Origin: Vulcanimicrobiota bacterium
GTDB lineage: Bacteria > Vulcanimicrobiota > Vulcanimicrobiia > Vulcanimicrobiales > Vulcanimicrobiaceae
Assembly (NCBI GenBank): GCA_963723485.1
Contig: CAVRQS010000003.1
Coordinates: 376,371 to 440,370 of the forward strand
Direction: 5' to 3'
Length of the DNA stretch: 64,000 nucleotides
Of the stretch, positions 16,674-26,121 are shown piece after piece. The notes below the pieces were generated by a model. It made no database searches. It saw only the letters and a program-made list of their open reading frames with translations, and was not told the DNA's origin. The translations under genes were made by a program, and so were the position numbers. Every line of letters begins with the position of its first letter. Within the stretch, counting starts at the first letter, position 1.

Positions 16674-19600
16674 TTAGGGCCCAGGCGACGGTGAGGAGTT
16701 CGGGATCACGGCCCGATTGTTCGGGCGAATGAGATAGAGTCCCACGCTGGGCGCATAGTTGAGCTCGGGGACCGGCCTGCCGTCGAGGCCGTGCGGAGCG
16801 AGCTCCTCGGTTGTCGTCGCGGCGATACGTCCGCAGACGACGAGCGCCGGAACGACGGTCGGATCGCCTGGATCGAGCTCGTACCACGTGCCGCTCTTCG
16901 CCGCGTGCGCGGTGATCGTCCAGCTCGCCGTCGCCGCTCCGTTGGCGAAATGGTTTCTCAGTTCTAGAAGCGACTGCGTTGCGAGATTCTTCACTTCCCC
17001 CGTACATGTCGCCGACGTACGCATCTGGAATGGATCCTTCGGCGGCGTCGTCGGCAACTTGTAGACGCGAAACGCTTCCTGACCCGCCTGCGGCTGGCGT
17101 GCGACGACATACAGACCGACCGCGGGCATGAAGTTCAGCTGCGGCACAAAGAACAGCGGACTCGTCGGCGCAAAAAGTTTGCGCCGGCTCACGTCGTCTG
17201 CTCTCGCGATGTGCAGCGACAGACAGGTCGCCACCGCGCGCAGCATCCCGCTGCCTTTCGGCGTGATCGCCAGCGCGTACGTCATGCCCAGCCCATGGTA
17301 CGTGATCGTCGCGTCCGGCAGCGCCGGCGCAGGCATCGTCGCCGGGTAGCCCGCCGCCGTGCGGGCCGCCTCCACTTTTGCCGCAAATGCCTTCAGCTCC
17401 GCGGCCAACTGCCGAGCCTTGGCGGCGTTGTCGGCGCTGCACGCCGCGGGATTGGCAGCGACGGCCAACGGATCGGCCGGCGGCGTCTGCGGCAGCGGCG
17501 AAAACAGCGACTGCAACCCGCGGCCTCCGCCTGGCCCACCGGGACCGCCAGGTCCGCCAGGACCTCCAGGAGCACCGAACGGCGCGCCGCCTCCGGTGCC
17601 GCGGGCGTGAAACGCGGTGGCCGTCTGCGACGAGGCGCCCTGACCGAACTTCGCGGAGTACGTGACCGAGACCGTGCGCGGCACGAGTGGCCGAGCCAGG
17701 TTGGCGATCACGATGCCGCCCGCGGTGGTGAAAGGCACGGCGTTGGCCGGACTCGCGAAGATGCCGGCATACGTGTTGGTGACATTGCTGGCCGCGAGAG
17801 TGAGCGTTCCGCGCGTCAGCTGCGCGGTGACGCCCGCGTCGAACGTCGTGTACGGCGGGAGATTGTTCGGGTTGTTCGCGCCGACGTGCTGCGCATCGGC
17901 AAGCCACTCGAACATCGAGCGCGACGGCTTATAGTCGAGCACGATGCCGGATTTGATCAGCGGGACGTTCGGAAGCTGCTGACCGGAAATCGTGATCGAC
18001 CACGGATTGCTGAAGAGGTAGCTGTTCGAGTCGGCCTGCGCGCCCGTGAGGTTATAGTATCCCTGGACGACGAGGTCACCGAAAGTGAAGTAGCCGGTGA
18101 GCTCCGCACCCTGGTAAAGCCGCTGCACGCCGGCAATCGGTGTCGTGAAATAGAGCTGCTGCGGCGCGAATGGCGTGCCCGCCGGTGCGTTGCAGCCGGC
18201 GGGAGAGTTGTAGAGAGCCGCAACCTCCGCGAGATAACCAGCCGGCAGTTGGCCGAGCTGGTTCAGGATCACCCCGTTGACGTACACCGGGAGCAGCACG
18301 CCGTTTTGCTGCTGGCGGTACAGCGTGAGTGCAACGTCGCCGCCGTGCAGCTGGTGCGTGTAGGTTAGGCGCGCCGACGTTGACGAGCTGTTCTGCGGCT
18401 GTTGGCCCGGCGCGTTGCCGTATGCGACCTTCCCGTTGCAGTCGAAGCGCAGCGACGCCGGATCGCTGAGAATTTGCAGGCGCCCCTGCGTGGCCGCCGC
18501 ACCGCCGAGCGCGAACGACGCGCTGTAGCTGTCGCGCGGCGTCGGGCGCCAGGCAGCCCCGACGCTGGCGAGCTCCGACACGCCGCTGTTGCCCGTCGCC
18601 GTGCTGAGCCCAGCCGATCCCGACAGCGTCAGTTTGTCGTTCGAGTGGACCGTGTCGGTGGCTTGCAGGACGGAATAATTCGTCGACTGCGACCCGCTGT
18701 AAAACAGCGCCGCCTGCGGAACGAGCGGCGTGGTCGCAAACTGCGACGACGTTCCATACGCCTGGATCGAGATCGTGTGGCGCTCTTTCGCCGGCAGCGT
18801 CGCATTCACGGTATAGCCGCTCGACTTGGTATTCGTGGAGTAGCCGGTCGGCGACGGGGCGCCGTTGACGTAGCGCGCCAGCTGGTTCAAGAGGCCGCTA
18901 GAATCGAAGGAAAAGAGCGCGGTCTGGATCTGGGTCGCGCCGACCAGGGCATTGTCGGTGACCGAATAGAGCTGGAGATTGGTCGTATCGGTGTTGTTCG
19001 GCCCGTAGCCGCAGGGCAGCGTCGTGGCGGGATCGCCGGGATAACGCAGGCACACGACGTTGGTGCTGCGGTTGGAGTTCATGAATATACCGGTCAGGGA
19101 ATCGGAATCGCCGAACTCGTAGCGCGCGCTGACGAGGTTGCCGGAGATCGTGCTGTCACCGTCGTGCGAGTAGCTGAGGCCGCTGGCATCCTCGTAGAAG
19201 TCCCCGTCCACCAGGCTCGGATACAATCGGTTGACGGTCTGCACGGCCACGCCGAGCTTGCCGATCGAGCCGCTCTCCGCAACCGAATAATTGTTGCGAC
19301 CGTAGCTTCCTACCGACATCTGCAGCTGCGTCTGCCAACTCAGCGTCGGCTGCAGCGTGCTGAAATTCACCGAACCACCGAGGCCGCCCAGCGTGGGTCC
19401 CATGTGAACCGAGGCACCTTGGAACAGATCGGTCGCGAAGCCGCCGAGATTGCCGGCCGAACCGGGCGCGTTGAGCGGGATCCCGTCTAGCGTCAGCTGC
19501 GTCTGCGTCGGATCGTGCCCCTCTAGCGAAATCGTCTGAGTCGCATCGCTGTCGTCGCTCGAGGTCGAGAGGCTTACTCCGGACAGCTTGTTGAGCGCAT

Positions 19601-20048
19601 CGGCCAAGTCGGTCGAGAGGCGCCGTTGCGCGGAGTTTTGATCGATGCTGCTGCTCGAGACGGTGGCCGATGCCTTGGCGGTCACCTGTCCGATAACTTT
19701 GAGACCGCCGTCCTCCAGCGCCAGCGCGAAGTTGACCGTCACCACGCGCCCGTCGAGCACCTCGAACGAAGCCGAGGTCAGGCTCTGGTAGCCGCGCTTG
19801 ACGATCCGCGCACGATAGATGCCGTCGGGTACGTCCGTGAACGTAACCTTGCCGTTCTTTCCGGTGATTTCCGACGTGATGACCGGGCCGTCGAGCAGCA
19901 CGCGCGCGAGTTCGAGCGGTTGCTTGGTACTCGCGTCTACCACGACGATGTCGATCTCCGCCGACTCGGATTGCGCCGGCGCCGGAGGCGCGCCGGTCGC
20001 GCATAGTATGACCAGGGCGACTGTCAGCCCAACGCAGCGCCGCAACAT
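16674..20048 (-). CDS. TonB-dependent-receptor-like outer-membrane protein with a ~320-aa C-terminal extension
   Basis: Trimmed to the ATG at 20048 with signal peptide MLRRCVGLTVALVILCATGAPPAPAQS. It has a CarboxypepD_reg-like domain, a plug-like segment (ISLEGHDPTQTQLTLDGIPLN) and a long barrel-like region ending in RTVSVTYSAKF. A G/P linker and two repeated modules follow in frame. Confidence 0.85.
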   Translation of the reverse strand: MLRRCVGLTVALVILCATGAPPAPAQSESAEIDIVVVDASTKQPLELARVLLDGPVITSEITGKNGKVTFTDVPDGIYRARIVKRGYQSLTSASFEVLDGRVVTVNFALALEDGGLKVIGQVTAKASATVSSSSIDQNSAQRRLSTDLADALNKLSGVSLSTSSDDSDATQTISLEGHDPTQTQLTLDGIPLNAPGSAGNLGGFATDLFQGASVHMGPTLGGLGGSVNFSTLQPTLSWQTQLQMSVGSYGRNNYSVAESGSIGKLGVAVQTVNRLYPSLVDGDFYEDASGLSYSHDGDSTISGNLVSARYEFGDSDSLTGIFMNSNRSTNVVCLRYPGDPATTLPCGYGPNNTDTTNLQLYSVTDNALVGATQIQTALFSFDSSGLLNQLARYVNGAPSPTGYSTNTKSSGYTVNATLPAKERHTISIQAYGTSSQFATTPLVPQAALFYSGSQSTNYSVLQATDTVHSNDKLTLSGSAGLSTATGNSGVSELASVGAAWRPTPRDSYSASFALGGAAATQGRLQILSDPASLRFDCNGKVAYGNAPGQQPQNSSSTSARLTYTHQLHGGDVALTLYRQQQNGVLLPVYVNGVILNQLGQLPAGYLAEVAALYNSPAGCNAPAGTPFAPQQLYFTTPIAGVQRLYQGAELTGYFTFGDLVVQGYYNLTGAQADSNSYLFSNPWSITISGQQLPNVPLIKSGIVLDYKPSRSMFEWLADAQHVGANNPNNLPPYTTFDAGVTAQLTRGTLTLAASNVTNTYAGIFASPANAVPFTTAGGIVIANLARPLVPRTVSVTYSAKFGQGASSQTATAFHARGTGGGAPFGAPGGPGGPGGPGGPGGGRGLQSLFSPLPQTPPADPLAVAANPAACSADNAAKARQLAAELKAFAAKVEAARTAAGYPATMPAPALPDATITYHGLGMTYALAITPKGSGMLRAVATCLSLHIARADDVSRRKLFAPTSPLFFVPQLNFMPAVGLYVVARQPQAGQEAFRVYKLPTTPPKDPFQMRTSATCTGEVKNLATQSLLELRNHFANGAATASWTITAHAAKSGTWYELDPGDPTVVPALVVCGRIAATTTEELAPHGLDGRPVPELNYAPSVGLYLIRPNNRAVIPNSSPSPGP

Positions 20049-20106
20049 GTCTTCGCGATTATACGGAATTGGCGCGGCCGCAAGCCTTGAACCGCGCTGG
20101 GAAAGC

Positions 20107-21486
20107 TCAGATCGTGATCGTGACGGCCGTTCCGTGGCCGGGCGCGCTGTCGATCGCGATGTCGCCGCCGACGCGCTCCACGGCCCGCTTTGCGATGGCG
20201 AGGCCGAGGCCCGTTCCGGCGATCTCGCCGCGCTGGTCGCCGCGATAGAAGCGTTCAAACGCATGCACGCGCTCCGACTCGGACATGCCCGGACCCTCAT
20301 CGCTGACGCGGATGATCGAATGGCCATTGTTGCGCGTCGCGCGCAGATGAATCGGCGCATCCGGAGCATACTTGAGCGCATTTTCGATGACGTTCCAAAC
20401 CGCTTCGGCCAGCTCACCGCGATCCGCCTGTACGGTCTCGACCCCGTCGATGCTGTAGTCGATGATGCGCCGATCGTCGAGCCTGCGGGCGGCATCGCAT
20501 TGACCGCGCAGGAGCTCGGCGACGTCGACCGTTTCGATGTGCGGGGGTGCCTCGGAGTCGAGCCGCGCGAGCCGCATGAGCCGATCGATCAGGCCGCGCA
20601 TGTGCTCCTTCTCGATTGACATGGTGCCAAGAATCTGGCGAGCGATGCGAGGTTCCTCGATCGCGCCGCGCCGCAGCACGTCGATGTATCCGCCGATCAC
20701 AGTGAGCGGCGTTCGGAGCTCGTGCGAGGCGTCGGCGGCAAACTGGCGCATCCGCTCTTCGCCGTGCTTCCGGTGCTCGATCGCGGTCGCGACGCTCGCG
20801 ACGGCGTCGTTGAAGGCCGCAGTGAGCGACGCGATCTCGTCGCCCCCGGCCATGACGAATCGGCGTTGCGTGTAGTCGCCGTCAGCGAGGGCCCGTAGTG
20901 AGTTGCTGACCTCGTTGATGGGTCGTAGCGACTGCTGCGCGAATAGGCGCCCGACGAACCACGAAAGCAAAATCGCCGCGGCGCCGATCGTCAAAACGAT
21001 CCGCCAATACGGGATCAGCGAGACGAGCAACAGCGGAAATGAAGGGCCAAAACCGACATATCCCCCCTCCACGTAGGTGAGCGACAGCGGCTCGAGCCCG
21101 GTAGGATCGAGAGGCGCCGGCTTCCCCCTGGCGACGCGAGGGATGAAGTGTTGCATGCCGCCTGCCGCGAGCACGGCGGGCAGCAGTTTGGGCCGCAGAG
21201 TCTTATCGCCGGCGAGGTAGCGGCCTTTGAGATCGAAGACCGTGACGCGTAGGCCGATCCCGCTGAGCGCATTGACGATTTCCGGCGCTGCTTGTTTGAG
21301 GCTCATGCCCTCGCGACGGTACTGATCGACTAAGATGTGAGCCTGTTCGTGTTTGGCAAACAGTACGTCGCCGGAAAACCGCCAGAGCTCGAAGACGAGC
21401 GCGATCGACGACGCCAAGATGACGATGACGACCGTCACGCCCAGTAGTACCGCGTAGAGGGCGGACAGGCGCGCTGCCAGCTTCAC
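20107..21486 (-). CDS. sensor histidine kinase (HAMP-HisKA-HATPase)
   Basis: Two TM helices. H-box FAADASHELRTPLT. N, G1 and G2 boxes (VWNVIENALKYA, DEGPGM, GTGLGLAI). Confidence 0.92.
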   Translation of the reverse strand: MKLAARLSALYAVLLGVTVVIVILASSIALVFELWRFSGDVLFAKHEQAHILVDQYRREGMSLKQAAPEIVNALSGIGLRVTVFDLKGRYLAGDKTLRPKLLPAVLAAGGMQHFIPRVARGKPAPLDPTGLEPLSLTYVEGGYVGFGPSFPLLLVSLIPYWRIVLTIGAAAILLSWFVGRLFAQQSLRPINEVSNSLRALADGDYTQRRFVMAGGDEIASLTAAFNDAVASVATAIEHRKHGEERMRQFAADASHELRTPLTVIGGYIDVLRRGAIEEPRIARQILGTMSIEKEHMRGLIDRLMRLARLDSEAPPHIETVDVAELLRGQCDAARRLDDRRIIDYSIDGVETVQADRGELAEAVWNVIENALKYAPDAPIHLRATRNNGHSIIRVSDEGPGMSESERVHAFERFYRGDQRGEIAGTGLGLAIAKRAVERVGGDIAIDSAPGHGTAVTITI

Positions 21487-21498
21487 CGGCGTTTGCCT

Positions 21499-22176
21499 CT
21501 ACTGAGAGAGGCCGTAGCCGACGCCACGGACGGTTCGAATGAACGAGCCCGGTTCGCCCGCCCGGTCGATTTTCGCGCGCAGGTAGGAAATGTAGGTCTC
21601 GACGATGTTCGGGCCACCCTCGAAGTCGTGTCCCCAAACGATCTCGAGCAGATGGTCTTTGCTGAAGACGCGCCGCGGCTCGCGCATGAACACCTCAAGC
21701 AGGTCGAACTCGCGCTGAGTGAACTCGAGCGGATCTTTGCCGCGCCAGGCTTCGCGGGTCCCCGGATTGATCGAGATCTCACGCCACCGCAGCACGTTCT
21801 CCTCGATGAGCTGCGGCCGGCGCAGCTTCGCTTGAAGACGCGCAATCAGCTCCTCAAAAACGAAGGGTTTGACGAGATAATCATCGGCACCGGAGCTGAG
21901 TGACCGGACCTTATCCTCCGTTCCGCCCTTGGCAGTCAACATGAGGATCGGCGCCTGGGTGATCTCGCGCAACCGCGGCAGCAACGTGACCCCATCGATC
22001 TTGGGCATCATAATGTCGAGGACGATGAGCTCCGGATCGAAGATCTTGACGAGCTCCAGGGCGGCCAAGCCATCCGTTGCCGTCCGCACCTCGTAGCCCT
22101 CGCGGGAGAGCCCCAGTTCCAACATCTCCCGAACCATACGGTCGTCGTCGATGACCGCAACGCGGGCATTGGGCAT
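21499..22176 (-). CDS. OmpR-family response regulator
   Basis: Receiver domain (VAVIDDD...DIMMPKIDG...LTAKG) plus winged-helix (LLEIVWG.......NIVETYISYLRAKI). Start is the ATG at 22176 or at 22185. Confidence 0.92.
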   Translation of the reverse strand: MPNARVAVIDDDRMVREMLELGLSREGYEVRTATDGLAALELVKIFDPELIVLDIMMPKIDGVTLLPRLREITQAPILMLTAKGGTEDKVRSLSSGADDYLVKPFVFEELIARLQAKLRRPQLIEENVLRWREISINPGTREAWRGKDPLEFTQREFDLLEVFMREPRRVFSKDHLLEIVWGHDFEGGPNIVETYISYLRAKIDRAGEPGSFIRTVRGVGYGLSQ

Positions 22177-22187
22177 GATCACCATTT

Positions 22188-22664
22188 CTACGCTGCATCG
22201 TGCTTTGCCACCCTTGGAGCAGCCTGAACTGGCCACCGGCCCACCCGCTGCCCGCAAACTAAAGCCGCCTGCCCGATGGCTTCAAGGGGATGCGATATCA
22301 CGCAAATTCCGCGCTTCTCCAGCGTCTGCAACGTCTCGTCGTCGGGAAGCCACCGAGCAAAAACGTGGACCTCACGGGTGCCGGCGGCCTCAGCCAAGAC
22401 CGCCATCACGTCTGCGAGCGTGCACTCGTGCTCGGCCAGGAGCCGGGCGACGACCTCACTCCGGAAGCGCGGCGCACTCCACCCGGCGGCGACCACGAGG
22501 AGTCGGGAGAGCTCGGCCAGCCGCGTCGCCTCAAAGTCGATCACGGCCGCCTTAACGCAGGCCGCCAGGCCGGCCTCGGTCTGGGCGTGCAGAGCCGCCG
22601 CCGCGATCGACCCGCTCGGCCCCGCCTCCAGAAGCGCCCCGGCCCCTATAAAATACTCGTCCAT
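22188..22664 (-). CDS. hypothetical protein, first gene of the two-component/receptor array
   Basis: ORF trimmed to the ATG at 22664 (MDEYFIGAG). About 158 aa, soluble, with no family I recognise. It ends 2-11 nt before the response regulator start. Confidence 0.5.
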   Translation of the reverse strand: MDEYFIGAGALLEAGPSGSIAAAALHAQTEAGLAACVKAAVIDFEATRLAELSRLLVVAAGWSAPRFRSEVVARLLAEHECTLADVMAVLAEAAGTREVHVFARWLPDDETLQTLEKRGICVISHPLEAIGQAALVCGQRVGRWPVQAAPRVAKHDAA

Positions 22665-22903
22665 GCCCGCATGTTGGCATGGACGAGTGCCAACTGGGTG
22701 GCGCACAAACCGGCCACCCGATCAGCTCTTGCGCTTAAAGTGGATCTGGCGGACTTACGCAGAGAGCCAGAATCAGCGCGATTGCTAAGCTCAACACAGT
22801 TGAAATCCTCCCTAACGAAGCGTTCTGGGACCAGCCTACCGCAGAAAAGCGTCCCGGTCCCTAGTCAATATTAACTAGGCCGGCGAATCGGGGCACGACG
22901 CGC

Positions 22904-25648
22904 TTAGATGATCCCCTCGTGGCGCGCTCGTCGGATAGCCTCGGATCTCCCGTGGCAGCCGAGCTTGGCAACAGCATTCGCAATGTGGGCGCGGATCGTG
23001 CAAACACTTCGGCCGTTTCGAAGCGCGATCTGTTTTGGAATGAGCCCTTCGTTCAGCCGCCGCAGCACTTCGATTTCCGAACGAGTAAGCTGCGTCCGAG
23101 GAACTTGGTCAGACCTCGCGCCCAGCTCGCCGTCTACTGCACCCAGTAGCCGCGCTATATCAGCATAGCCAAGTTTACTCAAATCCGCGATACCACTTTT
23201 AACACGGCGTTGGCCTGCGTCACTGTGATGAGTTAGCCGCAGCAATATGTTCTGAACGATCGTCGCTACAAGCCGGATCACGGAGTCGTCTCCCGCTTTG
23301 ATACCTCGCAGAATCCGATCCGCATGCGCCGACCGCCCGTTTATCGCTTCCGTCAAGGCTGAAACCGCGTTAGCAATTGCCATCGATCGCACACGAAACC
23401 GACCCGTCACGCTCACCGACTTTAGAAGCATTAAGATTTCGCGCGTCATTCTGGACGATTCTTCGCGCTGACCGTCGAGAGCCAGAAACAGCGCGTACTC
23501 GCTACCTGATACCACTCTGTCGAAGGTAAAGGCCATCTGTGACCAGCATGGTGCGACGAGTTGGTGCGCCTCAGCGAATCGTCTCTCCCAGGCAAGTCTT
23601 ACCGACCTAAACAGCGCTAGAAAGGGGCCAGCTAGCTCGTTCTTTTTTATTCCAGCTAAACGCTGCTCAGTCGCTATGCTGTTTTCAACGCTACCGCTTC
23701 GCATTTGCGCGCTCAGCACTTGGAGCAGGGCGGTTTGAAGGACAAAAGCGTCGCCCGCTTTAGTCGCAGCATTCGCTGCAAGTTGGGCATAGCGAAGCTG
23801 GCCGTCGACGTCATCCTCTTCGTGAAGGACCAAATTAGAGAGCACTGCGTTTGCTCTGCTTTCGATGCTGTATAGATGCAGCTCCGTAGCAAGCTCGCTT
23901 GACAGCGTCAATACTTCAAACGCTCGGTCGGCCATTCCAAGATGGTGGAAGGCTATACCGCTGTGGTGTAGGACTCGAGCCCGCACGAGCTCCGAATCTA
24001 TCCCGAGAAGCAGCGGCTCCAGTCGATCGAGAGCCGTTTTCGCCAGCGGGAGGTCACCACTTACTGCAGCCTTGCCAGCCATGAGCGACAGGGCCTCCGC
24101 GCGATGATCTGCGCGCTGTCCCTGGTCGTTTGCAACAGGATCGAGGATGCTGGCAATCTCCCCGCCCTGGTTGGCAACTAGAGACGCGAGACGCAGGCTC
24201 GAGATCGCAAATAGGTCGCGATTGTTGCCGGCTTTTGCCAGGGCGCGACGGAGGAGCGATTCCGCGCGTGCGAATTTGCCGGCGGTCGCCTGGAGCGCTC
24301 CCTGGAGGGCCAGGACCGTCGCGTTTTGGCGTCGGGTGCTCTCGTCCAGCGATCCGATGGCCCGTGCAACGACGTCTCCGTGGGCACGTTCCAACATTTC
24401 GAAGCCGTCGCGCTCCAGCAAGCGAACGACGTCGCCGGGCAATGCGGCAAGTCCGTAGGACGCGATCGCGTGCTCGACGTCGCCGCAGGCTTCCAGTGCT
24501 CGCGCGGCCCGTTCGTGGACCTGCTGCTGTGCATGCTTTCCACCGAGCGCACTTTGATGGCGCAGGAATTCGCGAAAGAGTTCGTGGCACTGATAGATTC
24601 CCGGCGAATCCTCATAAATGAAAGCCGTACGCTCCCGCAGCCTCTCCACAGTCGGCAGTGCGTGATCGAACCCTGCGCGCTCGAGCACGCCGACGCTGAT
24701 GACGGGCAGCGCGATGGCCACCTCGAGGAGTGCTCGTTCGTCTTCATCAAGCTCGCCATAAACTTGCTCAGCCAAAAAATGATAGATCATCTCCCGCGTG
24801 AGCGCGGAAACGTTGCGTAAGTCCGACGAGCGCGTCGAGGTCCTCAGCGCGAAGCTCATCGCGGCCGGCCAGCCTTCCGTAAGGGCAAGTAGGTCGTTGA
24901 GCTCGTCGTCTCGCCGCGCCAGGCCGAGGCCGCTCGCCGCCGATCGCGCCTCCTCGATCGTAAAGCGCAGTTCTTCTTCGCCGATTGCTAGTTCCGCGTC
25001 CCGATAGGCCAGCCAGGTTCCGATCGGAAGATTGCGCGTCGATCTAGATGCAACGATCCAGCGAACGCGTCCCTTGGAGCGCTCGATCAGCGAGCAGAGG
25101 AATCCGGCGACATCTGGGTCGGCGTCGGCCATGTGAAGGTCGTCGATGGCCATCACGCCGTCGAAGGATTCGAGGTGCGCGTGCATCCAGCGCGCCAAGT
25201 CACCACATCGCTTTGGGGACGGAGTCATGCGTTCGTACGCACCGGCGAGCGCGTCGATCGCGTGCGGCGCAAAGTCGCGCAGCGCTTCGGCGAAGCCGCG
25301 TAAGAAGCTCAGCAGGGACGCATGCTCGCCATGCAGCGTGAAGCGAACATACGGCTCACGTACGCTCCGCAGGTACTGGCGAAGCGCGACGGATTTCCCG
25401 TAGCCCGCCGGAGCAATCACTAGAGTGATCGGGTAGCCTGCCGAGGCAGACAACCGTTCGACCAGACGGGGGCGCTCGACCGGTACAAAAACTCCGACTC
25501 CGCGCTCGCCGCCCTCGATAACCCGCACCCGATTTCGTTCTAGGGTTTGGGAACGTCGCCTTTCCCGATCAGACGGCTTACGAAATACGCGAGCAGCGCA
25601 CCCGTCCAATGCAGGCGCGCTGCGAGCCAGGCTCGCTGTTCCGGGCAT
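22904..25648 (-). CDS. MalT/LuxR-type large ATP-dependent transcriptional regulator (NTPase + helical repeats + LuxR HTH)
   Basis: Walker A VIAPAGYGKS. Long helical-repeat middle region. C-terminal LuxR HTH LTRSEIEVLRRLNEGLIPKQIALRNGRSVCTIRAHIANAVAKLG. An alternative GTG start at 25528 avoids the overlap with the upstream gene. Confidence 0.85.
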   Translation of the reverse strand: MPGTASLARSAPALDGCAARVFRKPSDRERRRSQTLERNRVRVIEGGERGVGVFVPVERPRLVERLSASAGYPITLVIAPAGYGKSVALRQYLRSVREPYVRFTLHGEHASLLSFLRGFAEALRDFAPHAIDALAGAYERMTPSPKRCGDLARWMHAHLESFDGVMAIDDLHMADADPDVAGFLCSLIERSKGRVRWIVASRSTRNLPIGTWLAYRDAELAIGEEELRFTIEEARSAASGLGLARRDDELNDLLALTEGWPAAMSFALRTSTRSSDLRNVSALTREMIYHFLAEQVYGELDEDERALLEVAIALPVISVGVLERAGFDHALPTVERLRERTAFIYEDSPGIYQCHELFREFLRHQSALGGKHAQQQVHERAARALEACGDVEHAIASYGLAALPGDVVRLLERDGFEMLERAHGDVVARAIGSLDESTRRQNATVLALQGALQATAGKFARAESLLRRALAKAGNNRDLFAISSLRLASLVANQGGEIASILDPVANDQGQRADHRAEALSLMAGKAAVSGDLPLAKTALDRLEPLLLGIDSELVRARVLHHSGIAFHHLGMADRAFEVLTLSSELATELHLYSIESRANAVLSNLVLHEEDDVDGQLRYAQLAANAATKAGDAFVLQTALLQVLSAQMRSGSVENSIATEQRLAGIKKNELAGPFLALFRSVRLAWERRFAEAHQLVAPCWSQMAFTFDRVVSGSEYALFLALDGQREESSRMTREILMLLKSVSVTGRFRVRSMAIANAVSALTEAINGRSAHADRILRGIKAGDDSVIRLVATIVQNILLRLTHHSDAGQRRVKSGIADLSKLGYADIARLLGAVDGELGARSDQVPRTQLTRSEIEVLRRLNEGLIPKQIALRNGRSVCTIRAHIANAVAKLGCHGRSEAIRRARHEGII

Positions 25649-26121
25649 GTGATCTCGCCCAGTTCGACGACGAGGCTGCCGTCACGCGCATGAACCTGTT
25701 CGAAGCCGTAATACTCGCTCAGGTTCTCGGTGAAGTTGTCGGGCCGGAACCCGAACGGCCACTCCGAGTGATACAGCCCGCGCCACTCGCGCGCGGCCCG
25801 AGCATCGCGCTTGTGCGCGTATCCGATCGAGGCCGCGCTCCGACACGGCGGATCGGACCCGTCGAAATGAATGAAGAGTGCTGCGTCGACGCGGTACTCG
25901 CCGCTGAAATCCGCGGGAAGGCGCGCCACCGTCACGCCGTGACGCCGCAGAATCGCAGTCGCCGCGTCAGCGACAACCGGCGTCCACGCGCGCTCACCGG
26001 CGGCTCCGAGATTACAGCGGCGCTGCGGGAACCTGATGCAGCTCGCCGGGCGCCCTTCGTGCCCGGCCGAGATCAGCACGTCGTATCGCAACAGCGAGGC
26101 GGCGATCAGCAGGGCGAGCAT
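25540..26121 (-). CDS. N-acetylmuramoyl-L-alanine amidase-like protein
   Basis: 193 aa. ISAGHEG..., GAAGE and ALFIHFDGS are spaced like the Zn ligands of Amidase_3-type enzymes. The start overlaps the upstream stop (TAATG). Confidence 0.5.
   Translation of the reverse strand: MLALLIAASLLRYDVLISAGHEGRPASCIRFPQRRCNLGAAGERAWTPVVADAATAILRRHGVTVARLPADFSGEYRVDAALFIHFDGSDPPCRSAASIGYAHKRDARAAREWRGLYHSEWPFGFRPDNFTENLSEYYGFEQVHARDGSLVVELGEITCPEQRAWLAARLHWTGALLAYFVSRLIGKGDVPKP

Noticed and set aside
17525-17590. GGPGGPGGP-coding repeat as a collagen-like domain or an assembly artefact
   Set aside because: It is too short for a collagen triple helix, and the codons are varied (ggc cca ccg gga ccg cca ggt ccg...). 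That argues against a slippage artefact. I interpret it as a flexible linker.
16663-20495. N-terminal extensions of ORF-track entries (15115..17907, 16674..20495, 6646..8313, 29632..33588, 42949..44706, 57826..59271, 59406..60689)
   Set aside because: The extensions overlap neighbouring real genes, lack protein-like composition, and are followed by internal starts that yield proper signal peptides, RBSs or canonical N-termini. I trimmed the genes accordingly.
22674-22693. Sigma-54 promoter (TTGGCAC...) upstream of the 22188-22664 gene
   Set aside because: The GG-to-GC spacing is off by one relative to the TGGCAC-N5-TTGC consensus, and the -12 element is poor. I kept it only as an operator-like inverted repeat.
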